The notes under the pieces: model-generated
Told to the model about the DNA's origin: nothing
What the model saw: the letters and a program-made list of their open reading frames with translations, nothing else
The model's database searches: none
Assembly (NCBI GenBank): GCA_001643675.2
Contig: LSRY02000010.1
Location: 558,001-622,000 of the forward strand
Source of the DNA: Monocercomonoides exilis PA203
Lineage: Eukaryota > Protista > Preaxostyla
Direction of reading: 5' to 3'
Length of the DNA: 64,000 bases
Shown here: positions 1 to 12,625 of the stretch, one piece after another
Layout of the letters: each line of letters starts with the position of its first letter
How positions within the stretch are numbered: the first letter of the stretch is position 1
Position numbers and translations under genes: made by a program

Positions 1-1382
1 CTGTTCGATGGAGAAAACAAAAGAGACGAACAGAAGAATTGGAGATAATCGTGGAAGACAATATTAAAAAGGATCCGAAAGCATTTGAGATGGTGACGAT
101 GGAGATGTCACCTGAGGAGCAGTGGAGAAGAGCAGAGAGAGAAGCAGAGAAGAAAAATGAAGAGAGAATAAAGAAGAGAATATATGATACGAATATGCAA
201 CATTCTGAATCATCCGAGCATTTGCTGAGTGAAAGTGGATCAACAGAATACATATTGGGAAAGGACTCAGATAAGATTCCTGATTGGGCACTGGAAAAGG
301 AGGAAGAAGAAGAAACGAGAAAGAGAACTCCTTCTCCATCCATCTCATCCACTTCAACAACTGATTCAGATTCAACTTTTGTTCGATCGGAGAGTCTGTG
401 CCCAACCACCTCATCAATGTCGAATCTGGTGGATGCAATGGCCTGTTCATCGCCTCATGAGAAGCTGATTGTTGATCTGAGAGATTCATTGTTCATGTTG
501 CTTCATGGAAGGAATAAGACAAAGGAGATGGCGATTGGCACTCTGCAGGAGAGGGAGCAGACAGCTGCACAGATCCTGTTCTGGGTGGCCAATCTGGCAC
601 TCCACTCATTTGATGAGATGGAAAATGGATTATCTTCTCTTTCCACTCTGAGTCCGCACATTGTTCTGTTTTCTGAGCACATGGTGATCTGCATCGTGAT
701 GCATTCTGACTTCTCATCTGATGATGATTCAGACTCATCATCCATCTCATCATCAACTATTGTCACATCTGCCAGCGATAATGATGATGATAGAGACTCT
801 CTTCCTTCATCAGCGTTTGAGGAAGAGGATGACAACATGAAGGAGTGCATGCGATGGAAGGCACCAGAGCTGCTGATGAACAAGAAGATGGGAGCAACAA
901 AGAAGTCAGTGGTGTTTTCGATTGGGATGATGCTGTGGGAGTGCCTGACATTGAAGGTGCCGTTTGGAGAGTATGAGGCAGCGATTGCAGGGCAGAAGAT
1001 AATGAATGGGGAGAGGCCAGATGTGGAGGGGATTCGGGGAAGTGGGCTGTTTGGTGTTGTGGGGAGTTGCATTTCAGCGCAAGGGAAAGACAGGCCAGGG
1101 GTTGTGGAGGTGAGAAGAGAACTGCTGGAGATATTTCCAGCGGAGGCAAGGATGGTGACGATGTCAGATGCGATTGGGGCAACTGGGATGATTGAAAATG
1201 GGGAAGAAGATGAAATTGAGGAAGAAGAGGATAAAGATGGAGATGCAGATGAAGGAGATGAAGATGAAGGAGAAGAGGAAGATAATGATGAGGAAGAAGA
1301 AGAAGAAGGTAAAGAAGGAAAAGAAGAAGAAAAGATTGCAAGAGCTTTTGAAGAAATGTGGAAAGGGATGAAAGGTGGCTGA
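1..1382 (+). CDS. 3' part (cytoplasmic tail with tyrosine-kinase-like pseudokinase) of a giant surface receptor-like protein; 5'-truncated by the window edge
   Basis: Frame is open from the window edge (VRWRKQKRRTEELEII), the post-TM stop-transfer segment of the paralog at 39284 onward. Kinase C-lobe motifs RWKAPE and VFSIGMMLWECLTLKVPF are present. No GxGxxG, HRD or DFG. Acidic tail. Probably continues into ORF 1358-1663 across a -1 frameshift. Confidence 0.85.
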   Translation, partial: VRWRKQKRRTEELEIIVEDNIKKDPKAFEMVTMEMSPEEQWRRAEREAEKKNEERIKKRIYDTNMQHSESSEHLLSESGSTEYILGKDSDKIPDWALEKEEEEETRKRTPSPSISSTSTTDSDSTFVRSESLCPTTSSMSNLVDAMACSSPHEKLIVDLRDSLFMLLHGRNKTKEMAIGTLQEREQTAAQILFWVANLALHSFDEMENGLSSLSTLSPHIVLFSEHMVICIVMHSDFSSDDDSDSSSISSSTIVTSASDNDDDRDSLPSSAFEEEDDNMKECMRWKAPELLMNKKMGATKKSVVFSIGMMLWECLTLKVPFGEYEAAIAGQKIMNGERPDVEGIRGSGLFGVVGSCISAQGKDRPGVVEVRRELLEIFPAEARMVTMSDAIGATGMIENGEEDEIEEEEDKDGDADEGDEDEGEEEDNDEEEEEEGKEGKEEEKIARAFEEMWKGMKGG

Positions 1383-2620
1383 TGAAGAGAATTATTGGAG
1401 ATGAAATGTGGAAAAGAAAAGATGTGGATTTGGGTGTAATTGGAGACTGGTTGGAGGAAGAGTGGAGTTGGGAAAAGAACAGGGATGCAAGATTTTTTTT
1501 GGTGTTAGAAGAGGGTGAAAAAACAGGAAAGATGATGTTTTGTGAAAACGAGGGTGAGTTGCTTGATAAAGCAGGAGAGGAAGGCAGCAAGCCGTTTGTA
1601 TGTTTTATGTTGGGATTTGTGCATTGTCGAATGAGGAGAATGAAAAAGAGATGTGGGCGTTGAGGGTTTCTGTTTTGTTGTTTGGGGTGCGGATGCTGAC
1701 CTATTTTGTGGGTGGGCATTGGCTGATTTGGCTTGCGATTCATTTTTGAACATTTTGATTTTTCAGAAGCAGAGTGTGTATGTATTTCACTTCGCCAATA
1801 TGTATTGAATCCTTTCTATGTTTTCTGATCATTGTTGTGTTTGTGTATGTATTTATTCATATTTTTTTGTCAGCACTTTCATTATTGCATGTGCAAGCGT
1901 TTTCTGTTCTGTTTTTGAGATATTGTGTTGTGTATGTTGTTTTCACAACAAAAGATATAATCATGCGAATTGCGTGAAAAAATAAATGGTGATCACTGTA
2001 AATAGCTAAAACTTGCATTCTTTATTTAACAAAAACAGAAAACAATCAAATACCCTCAAATGGAAAATCGAACCATAAAAATTTTGGTAAATGGATATTT
2101 TGCAACCTGAAAAATCAGGCTTTCTATATATTATTTTGTTGTTTGACAAAAAATGTTGCAGTATTGAAAAGATATTTATTGGAAGTGTCCAGATATGACT
2201 GTCTTTTCTTTTTCTTTTTCTTTTTTTTTTTTTTTTTTATTCACACTTATTTGGTTTTTGTTTGCTGAATTGGTGAAACATTTTATTATTCTGAATTTCT
2301 TTCAAATAGATTTTCAAACAAAGGCTTTTTTTAACACTTACCGTCTTGAACTCACTCATCTATCAATGAAAAGATTTTGAAAAAAACTTACCGTTTGAAC
2401 AAAAAACGAAACAAATAGTTTTACTCAATCAAAATTCATTGTTTACTCCTGCTCCACTATTTGTACAGTCGAGTTATTTCTTTTTCTTAATAATTGTCAA
2501 TAATCATTAGAGAGAAAATGCAGCTGATATTTGAATATCTTCATTAAAAAATCAAAATAATAACTTGAAGATGATTTGACTAAATATAATTATTGATAAA
2601 TTATTGATTATTTATATAAA

Positions 2621-5600
2621 TTATTCAGTTGCAGGATCTTGTTTCAGAGACACAAGATCAAACAAAGCATCTAAAACACAAGAAGCACTCCAAGCTTGAG
2701 CAGCAGAAGATCCGTAGCAAAATGCACCATTGGCATTTGTCAGTTCAGGCAAAGATAGCCATGTATTCTTTTTAGATTCACTTCGTAATGACAAAAACCC
2801 GACTCTGTGAATAGCTTCTTCAAGTGCGACATTTCCTTGTAATTTTTCATTCATGGTAAGTCGAACTGAACGTGGAACATGACGATGCGAAATAAGCGCT
2901 CGCATAAAGTATCCAGCTGGCCAAACCCATTCAGGCCCTAATAATTTTTAATTTTTTTTTAATGAAAGGAAATTCAAATAATAATTCATCAACAGTAATA
3001 ATATAAATTGAATCAACCAAATGTCAAATTCCAAAAAAGAAAAGCTAATATACCTTGATGATAGGAGAATCCACATGAAGTGTGATAATCTTGGGTGTCG
3101 GTTTGATCATAGCACGGGCGATATTGCCAATCTGCTGGATCGAGAGTCGCAATGCCCAATGATCCTTCTGTCTTCAACACTTCACAAATCGTGTCAAGTG
3201 CATTCAAACAGTGTCTACGACGAGAAAGTGGAGAACGAATGCGTATATTTGCATATTTGCCTTGTTGATTTAGCTCATCACAACATGCTTCGTTCAACTC
3301 CTCCCGGTTACATTCCCCGCACAATCCGTACTGAAGTGAGAGGGGTCCTTCTTTGTTATCTTCTTCTTCTTCCAACTTTTCTTCACTTTTTTCTTTAATA
3401 GTTCCCTTTTTCTTGCTAATCTCTTTTCTCAAAAGCCTCATTCCGCTGAAGAGCTCTGGTGCAACAACCATTGCAATACAAACATTTGGTCTTAATTGAT
3501 AATCCCAGCTGTGCTGGTGGCATCCCACAACATCCTTGTAAATGCCTCGGCGAGCGACTTCTGCTTCCGATACAATAAACAAATCTGATACAGAACATTC
3601 AATGATGGCAGAAGAAGATGATGATGATGATGAAGCCGATGAATTAGATGATGCTTTTTTGAAGTTACTATTGTTATCTGTAATAACTCCGTCAATCTCT
3701 TCCAAACCTTGTCCTGCTGTGATCATTTCGCTTTCTTCTTCAGTTGGAACATAATAATATCGATCAAAGTTTTCTCTGAGACGTTTCTCCCAAGCAGCAT
3801 AAGACATATAAACATAGTCAAAGCTGTACTCCTTTGGATCTGGAACAGCATAGTTGCGTGTTGACATGAAGTAATATGGCTTGTCACCATAAGGAACAGA
3901 AGTTCCAGCAGCAGCTGGTTTCCTTGAAATGTGTTCGTAATCAGTTGCAATCACACCATCTTCTCCATTGATTCTCAGCTGTGACAAAGAATGTACAAAT
4001 CTCAGAGTACTCTTTAGCAGGCCAGCAATTTCAACGGGGCAACCATCTCTTGGAGTTGCAGGAATGCCAAGATTTCCTGCTTGAGCAGAATCACCCATCT
4101 TGTCGCACCATGTGCCACAATTAAGTTTGTTTCCACCTAAAATTAATCCACTTCTGCAATGCAAAACCGAGTCAACAAAGAACCCTTCGTTTTTCATCTT
4201 CGAATCTATCGCTGAACCAGCATCCCACTCTCGGAAATGGATGCCTCCTGCGTGAGCGGCTAATGTTTCCTGGAGAAGCGACAATAAGCTCACATCTTCA
4301 CCGCTTCTGCTCACAACACCATGAGAAACGGCTGAATTGTTCAAATATTGAACCTGCAACGATCCAACGTGGAGTGAACGTGCTGCTTCTGCAGACGTCA
4401 AAAATGGAAGATCTGCTCCATCAAATCTCCTTGGGAACGGAGCAGTCAAAATCGCTCTAATGGCATCGAATTCTGCCAGATCCACAATTCGAGTGCATTC
4501 TTCGTCATTCCATTCTCTCTTCTTATCAGCTTTTTCCTCATCCTTCTTCTTCCACCACTCGAACACTCTGACTTTTGTTTTGCTTCCAGGAACCTTTCGC
4601 ACCACTGGGAAGTATCCGCTTTTAGCATCCCACAAAAAGCCGCACAGATCCTGTATTGCTTGAGCCCACCACCACACTGCATCTCTTGCGTTGTATCGTG
4701 GCTTCTCTCCTTCTCCCATCAGGTTTGGAATCAAACCATGTCGCATAACTGATCCGTATGCTCTGATGATGTAGGTCGCTTCCGTGATGCGCCCAGTTAC
4801 CAACAGCAACCCTCTCAGCGCAATGAAAGTGTCTCGACCCCAGTTGCGCATAAATCCTTGAGCAAAGTGAGGAAGACCAGCTGAGAATGAAGGAGATATG
4901 TTCACTGGAAAAGTCTGGAATGACGCAAGCTGAGCGGCAACTGATGGAGACTTCGCTACAATTGACAAAAGATCAGTGCGCCCTTCAAGCTCAGGCATTC
5001 TTTTCTTGATCATCAACATCTCCTGAACAACAGAAGCAGCATCAGAAAATGTCACTCGTTGTCTTGAAGCCTTCAAAAGAGGCGTGTGAGGCAATGCAGC
5101 AACCATTTCGGCTGAAGAAAGACACAGAAATCGTGCAAACTGCGATGTAACCAGTGACTGAGGAAGAGCTGGCATCGTCATCTGTACAAGCCACGAAACA
5201 GCAAAACGGAAAAGCGGACGAATCACTTCATCAACATATCGTGGAACGAGATAACGTGGAATTTGAGCCTTTATCAAATCAAATTTCAATGATAGCAATT
5301 CAACAAGAGGAGCAAATCGCTCTTTTCGCGTTTTGTAGTTTCCGGGGATTATCACAACTGGAGCGACTTCTGAGTTGTGCTTCGAATCTGATCCTTCTCC
5401 TTCTTCATCGTCTTTGGCAAATGATCTGTTTGAAGCTGCTGCCCATCGTGCTTCAAGAACTTGTGTTTCTTCTTCGCTAATCCTCTGCAAAATGTAGTCC
5501 AAAAGCCAGTTTCCGCGTCTAAGGTTGTCCAACAAGGGGTGTCCCAAGTCATTCTCTTCAGCAATTTTCTCGAGAAGCGGAGCCAATCCACCAATTCCGC

Positions 5601-8600
5601 AATATGGTAGAGCTCCAACTTTGTCAATCGAATAAGCTCCACGCTTTCCAGATGTCGTTTCGCGTTCTTCCACATCGCAACTGAATAAAAGCCAATAAAT
5701 GTCCAGAGGAGTCAAAGGTTTGAATGCCTCTCTCAGTGATGACAATGTGAAGCATCCATCGTATTGCTCGCAAGTTGATGCATAAGACGAAGCAGAAGAT
5801 GAATCTCTATCTTCCTCGCACTCACACACAGGAACAGGATCCAGTATTCCCTTTGGCTCAAGTGAGTTAGCTTCGTCGATTGGCTTCAGTGTCTCCATCA
5901 CAGAAAGCGATGATTGTGGAAGAAGTGATCCTTTTCCTTGATCCTTAATTTCCCCTGACGATCTCATTCTTTCTGTGTCATGGAGATGCGAATGAACATT
6001 TGGTTGCAGCAGTGCCAAAGCTTTTCTGGCAACGCGAGGAATGTCTGTAGCAATCACGCAGACTGCGCCGGGTGGGAAATGCATAAAGTGAAGGTGAGTG
6101 TTCGCTTGTGGATCGATGGTGTCTTCTTTCTCGTCTTCATCTTCAAGTTTTCCGTCTTTCTCAGCCTTTTCCAGTTCTACCAGCTTTTCTTCATTCCACT
6201 CTTCTTTCACACCACCTCGCTCGAGAGTGATTCCTGCTCTGTACAAGTCTCTTGCTCTTTGTGCTTTCCCTTTGCCGCTTGACTCAATAAGAACAAGATG
6301 AGACTTAACTCCGCGATGTTTGCGCTCGCTTGAGGATCCGCAGACTTTTGAAGTGCATTGAGAAGAGGTCGATGATTTTGTCGATGAAGATGAAGATGAT
6401 GTTGAGGAAGTATGTTCTTTCTCAGTTTTTTGGGTTCTCATTTCGTTGGGAGAAGGCTTCAAGTTAAGAGAGCCGCTTTTCGTTTCTGTGGACACATCCG
6501 AAGCACTTGACTGGAGAGTTGAGAACACACTTTGTGACTGCTGTCTCTTCAGCATCCTTTGCTTCATCTGCAGCTCTTGTGCTGCGACATCTTCTTTAGC
6601 ATATCCTTTCTCTTTTTGTTGCATATTCATCTCTTCTTCGTCTTCTCTTCTCTTCTTCTCGCTCTCATCTGCCAATCCCAGTGTCAAGTTCTCTGGATCT
6701 TCCTGTTTCATCTGAAGCAGTTGCACGGGCTCTGCTGCGGCCAAATACGACAGCATCACAATTCTCCTCACAACTCCGCTGACTTCGCTGTGGAATGGAA
6801 GAACTGGCTGCGCTTCACCAAATGGCAGCAGCTCTGGATGAGTCTTTGAAGGAGCATATGGATACAGCTCTGCAATGGAATGCGCAGCTTTGTTTCCTCC
6901 TTCGTTTTTCTTTGCTTGTGAAGAACTTTTTGCCAGATCATCCAAAGACACAGCTGGCTTTGGAAGAAGTGCGTCTTCCGGGCGGAAGGCAGGGCGGATG
7001 ATGAACGAATATGCTCTGTGAGTCTTCGGATGCGACCTCACAATGCTAATGATACCCTGACTGCCATCAACATTCACATAGATCTCGCTGAAGCCGCGTG
7101 CTGCAAGCATCCAGTGGAGCCTTGCAAGCACAGAACGCGCACGCAAAATTCCCATTCGGCTCCAAAACGGCGCTTCAGAGATTGGACGCGAAGGAGAAGT
7201 AGATGAAGCTGATTGGCTTGCGCTTTCTTTGTTTCCTTCTTCTTTTGGAATGGCATACAATTCCATGGAATTCGTCAAAACTTTGTCGGGATAAATCTCA
7301 TCGAAGCCTTTTGTTGTGAGCGTCGGGCACACAGCAGCAGAGACAGCTGCAGCCAGAGGAAGTGTATAATATGCTCCTCTGTTCTTGAAGGGCATGTTGT
7401 TGTCGTGTGTGATGTCAGACAAAGCAGCATTCAGCCCTCTCGCCTTCAAAGCAAACAGCTCATTGCTTCCACGACGGAGTGAGCCAACAGCTGTACCTCC
7501 CATCGCATAAATCATATCACCTGCACATTGAAGCAGAAGAAATAATAAGAAAAAAATTGAAATTATTCAAAAAATAACATTTTAAAGAATATTTACAATT
7601 AAAAAAGTAAATCTTGTTGGAAAATATAAGAAATCGCAAGCCAAGTGATCTTGCATCGCCATTATGTGAAGCTTCTTTCAACAGAGCATTGACACCAAGA
7701 CGAGAGCAATATTCTACATCGATATCAGTCGAAGGAGTAAACAGCTCGGCAAATGTGAACAGGTTCTTGTTGACTCTGCGTGCAGCATCCATCAAATACT
7801 CAGACACGCACAGAGGAGTAGAGTGAGCATTGTCCAGTCTCAGCCCATCAAAAATCCTGGCACACCATTCTGTGTATTTCCGCATGTGCTCCCACAAAAA
7901 TGGCGAATCGGCAGGCGAATTTCCGTACCTCAGTTTGAAATTGTCGCCCCAAATAACAACTTCTCGTCTGACATACGCACGCGACTGGGGAGAGGCAAAG
8001 TCTTCTGTTGGATCGCGCCCAAACACCCATCCGTTGCAAACAGCAGGAAGCCCACTGTACAAGACACGCAGCAGATTCGGCAAGGGAACAGAGGTCGGAT
8101 CATTGCGGCACTGGATAACATACTCAAGTGAGTATTCTTCATCTTCCTCTTTCTCTTCTTCTTTCTCTTTGAGCTCGTTTTCGCTGTCTTCAGCTTCTTC
8201 TGCCTCTTCGGCCATTCGCTCCTCAACCTTTCTGAGATGTGGTCTGTCCAGTGCGAATTTGTGGAGGTACTGCAAATAGTCTCCCTTTACCCTGTTCGAC
8301 GTTGCTGAAGAGCTTGTCTTTGAAGACGAGGCTGCATCAACAGTATGAATGTGCGAGAAATATGGATAAACCATCGGAGCTCTCGCTGTGATTTCTCCTC
8401 GAAGTGGGCCGTTTGGATCCAGCCGTTCGTAAGCAATAAGGTTCATTGAGTTATCTACGATCTTGTTGATGTCTTCGTCGTACTGATCAAAATATGGCAT
8501 GTTGATTCGATGCAGGCTAGCTTCGAACGTAGAAATCTGCAAAAAAAGAAAAAAAAATAAATAAAAATTGTATTGTTGAAAAATGATGATATTGCAAAAA

Positions 8601-10170
8601 GAGTGTTAAATTTCGTTAAATGCAAAAATATTTCCAATAAAAGCAAGTTATCAATGAGGACAACTTTAAAAAAAAGCCCGAATGGCAAACCAGTTCTTGT
8701 CTGGATGCTCTGAATTGCATGAAATAGCGAATTGCTTTTGAGGTGTTCACTTTCCTCGACCATCGAGCTGCCTTTGCCGAATCATAAACAATGCATTCTC
8801 TACGGACATCTTCGTCTATTTTTTCCGGTGCAGGAATCGGGTTTTCTCCTCCGCGCCACTGCTCAGGCAATCCAGTTGTGAAGGCTGCGACAGCATCTTC
8901 AACGTCAATCACGTTGTACTCCCACAATCTGAAATGACGCACTGTTTACGCAAATATCACAGTACAGTTCAAAAAGTGTTTTATAAAAAAATAAATTGAA
9001 AAAATGAAAGAAAATATAAGAATGCAAACGCTCATCTTTCACAAAATTCCTCACCGCGTCGAGATGTTTTTGTTCTGTAAGAAGTTTTGGTGGAAGAGCA
9101 GCATGTACAATCACATCCTTTGCAGGAACACCATCTGCATTAAGACGAGGAGGAACCATTTGATTCACCACTTCACAGTTCTGCAATGCAATCGCCAAAG
9201 ATATAACATTTAACGCTCTGTCCACTTCAAATGCCAAATTAAGATGGGGGCTAAATTTCCATTTATGATGAATGTTATTAACAACGAACAGCACAAGCAA
9301 TTAATACACACCTGTTAAGAAGATTGTAAGTGGCTTCTGGATGTTCTCTGACCCATGGACTATCAAGAGAAGTATGATTCCAAATAACATCAACCATTGA
9401 TAGTATTCCAAATTCATTTCGTAGTCTTGTGACAACATGATTTAATCTTTCAAAACGCTTTTCACTCGAATCTTCTCCAAAAACTGATGGTTCAATATCC
9501 AGCTGATTTCTGATACAATAAGCACTTTTGCTTATTCCAAGGGTGCAAATTGGTGCGAAATGGATCATGTTATATCCGGCTTCAATAACTGGTTGAAGAG
9601 CGCATTTATCAACACGCAAAGCTCCATCTTCACCAATTTTTTCCGGTGGTTCTAAAGGAAGCCAAGTTTCAACTTTGCCCAAGCAGGGTGCGAATACTGT
9701 ATGGATAGCAAGACCGGAAGCTGGTGTGGATATTCCTCGAATGTCAAACAAAGGTTCAACAACAAATCTACCATTCGGCTGTAATTCAGCTGGTTCTATT
9801 ATAATAAAACAAAAATCAAGCAAATGGTATTTGCAAATAATGAAAATTTTGACGACAAACTTCCGCTTTCTTTTTCAAAATAATACTGATACGCTCCAGC
9901 TGATTGGCACTTGATCTCATAATAAATACCAAACCCCATTCCATCTTCAGCAGGAGTTGGAGCACGCGGCAAAATATTGCGAAATTTCGTTCGCTCAAAT
10001 ATTTCACCACAATCTTCATCTGGATAATTAACATAAAACGGCAAAAGGGCAGCACTCGTTCCACGATGAACAACAATTCTAAGCAGGGATCCAGCATCTA
10101 CACGAACAAGCGCGTTGTGTTGAATGTAACCTTCTGCGTTCAAAGTCAGGGTTTGTACAACCAAAGGCAT
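2621..10170 (-). CDS. AGL: Glycogen debranching enzyme (4-alpha-glucanotransferase / amylo-1,6-glucosidase), 7 exons, ~2314 aa
   Basis: Exons 10170-9861, 9795-9312, 9250-9030, 8941-8691, 8536-7642, 7520-3054 and 2937-2621 total 6945 nt and stay in frame. Motifs DVIWNHTS, YNLLNSPHL (across a splice), GLRLDNAHSTP, FAELFT, DITHDN, AGLPHF, NWGRDTFI, GTWCDKMG, YHQGPEWVW (across a splice) and QAWS match eukaryotic GDE (AGL/GDB1). Confidence 0.95.
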
Positions 10171-10867
10171 TAATATTTCAAAAAATGATTGATCTATGCC
10201 ACTTTTTTGTAATTTATTCAATTAACAAAAAAGAAAAAAGTCATTGAAAGTTGGAATGATTTGGTCAATTTCTGAAAATAGCAACACATGCAGAAAAATG
10301 CATAAACTTTTCTGTTGTTGATATGAAGAAGAAAATGAATGAGAATAATTAGTGAGAATACAATTTTTGTTCAAAAAAATTTTTCAGCTTTATTATTTGA
10401 AGAAAGGAGAAAACCCGACAAATTATTGAATACTCTTTGAGAAGATGAATATCAAAAAAATGTGACCCATCGAATTTTGAGGTATTATCTTTTATTTTTC
10501 TTTATCAAATTATTGAGTGAATTTGATTCTCATCATTCCAAAATTTCCAGTGGATATTTTTTTTTATTTTTTTGAATGTTTTGTCGCATTAATTTTTAAT
10601 TTTTCTAACCAAGGAACAACAATTTTTCGTTCAAATTAAATTTGTTTGTTATGTTGATAATTCTTTCAGAAGAATAAGTAAAAAAAAAATCTTTTTATTG
10701 AAATAACATATGTGGAAAAATTCAAATTTGTATTGTAAATTACATGTTGAAAACCTTTTGAAAGCTGGAAATTAATATCTGTTGAAACATTTTCATTATG
10801 AAAAAATTATGCTTATTTTGCCCTTAATAATTTAAATTTTTGTTGGTAATTTGATAGTTTGATTGTC

Positions 10868-12466
10868 ATGAATATAGCAGATGAAACCGAAGAAATTATT
10901 GAGAATGATGAAGACGATAAAGCAAGGATCATAAATCTTGATGGTGATTCTGTAACGTTTCGTGATTCAGAGGGAAATGTGTTTTCTGTTGATTTAGCCA
11001 CTTTCTCCCAACTTATAGCACAAACAATGACAAAACATATGAGAACAAGAATAAGCAATTTATGTACTCTCGAGCATGTTTGTAATTTTGTTTATGTCTA
11101 TTTTTTGAGGAATAAAATTGATTAGGCTGTTCAATTAATTAACAATTCACATAACATTGTTGTTATTACTGGAGCTGGAGTTTCCGTTTCATGTGGAATA
11201 CCTGATTTTCGTTCAAAAGGAGGTAAACCATTATCTTTTTTGAAATATATCAAAAAAAAATTTTCAAGGTTTTTATGATAGAGCGAAGCAAGATGGACTT
11301 TCTTCACCAGAATTGATTTTCGATTTGAGATATTTCCGTAAAGATCCTTCTTTATTTTACAACTATGCTGTCACTTTACTTCCATCAAATTACGAGCCAA
11401 GCTTTACTCATTATTTTATTTCATATCTTGAAAAACAGAATAAATTGTTAAGAAATTACACTCAAAATATCGATAATTTGGAAAAGGAAGCTGGAGCTAC
11501 TCGTGTTATACAGTGTCATGGATCATTAGGTTTTACAACTTGTACTAATTGTGGACGTCATGCTCCGATTGAAGAGATTGAATCTCAAATCAGAAGAAAG
11601 GTATATGATTTTAATGTGTACGTGAGCAATATTAATTTGCTTTATTTTTGGTTATATAGGAAGTTGCAATTTGTCACGCATGCGGTGTAGGAGTTATAAA
11701 GCCAGATGTTGTGTTCTTTGGGGAAGGACTTCCTGAAGAGTTTCACAGCAGCCGTGACCCAGACATGAAAGACGAATGCGATTTGGTTATTGTCATTGGC
11801 AGTTCGCTGAACGTGCAGCCTGTTTGCACTCTTGTCGATGATCCGCCTTCGGATGTCCCGCAGATCCTGATCAACAGAGACATTGTAGGCAACAGAGACC
11901 ATTTTGATATTAATTTGCTTGGCGATTGCGATGATGTGTGCGCTGTTATTGCGCAAATGTTGGGTTGGGATTTGGACAGCTTTATTTCCAATGAGAAAGC
12001 AGCCAGAGCAAAAAGAACAGTAAAACACGAAAAAAACATGGGTGGAGAAGAAGATAATAAAGAAAGTGAAAATGAGCATATGACAGAAAGATACCAAAAT
12101 TTTGAATCCATTTCATCTCTTCCTGCTTCAATTGATACGTCTGTTGCATCAACTACTTCTTTTTCTTCTTCTTCAACTTCTGCTGGTAATGATTTTCAAT
12201 TAAATGACAATGAAGATGAATCAATTCTTTCTGAATCCATATCAAAAGATGAATCTGCAGAAGGATCATCTCCAATACAGAATGATGCTTCAGCAGCTGA
12301 TGAATCTTCTATGAATGCAACTTTATCTCATCTTAACTCAATGACATCTGATTCGCCTCGTCTTCCAATGAACCCTCAAACTTCTTTTATGAACATTAAC
12401 GGAGTGACAATTGCACAGCGTTTTGTTGGACCAAACAATACGTTTTTTAGAAGTGTGATTGGATAA
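10868..12466 (+). CDS. SIR2: NAD+-dependent deacetylase, class I sirtuin (Sir2/SIRT1-like)
   Basis: Exons 10868-11077, 11126-11222, 11269-11600 and 11660-12466 with GT-AG introns. Motifs [30 protein letters not shown], Zn ligands CTNC and [17 protein letters not shown] and LINR. The start codon is uncertain, and the gene may splice on to 12626-13656. Confidence 0.93.
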
Positions 12467-12581
12467 AAAAACAAGATTAAATAAACAGATTTATTTTTTA
12501 ATTGATTGCTGATACTAATTGTCTGTATTTATTTCTCAATTTTCTGTTTTGTGTTTCATTTTGATTCTTACTCATTGTTTG

Positions 12582-12584
<3 letters not shown>

Positions 12585-12612
<28 letters not shown>
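12585..12612. repeat. (TTA)n microsatellite
   Basis: About 9 tandem TTA units, inside the putative intron. Confidence 0.85.
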
Positions 12613-12614
<2 letters not shown>

Positions 12615-12625
12615 AATCATTGAAG

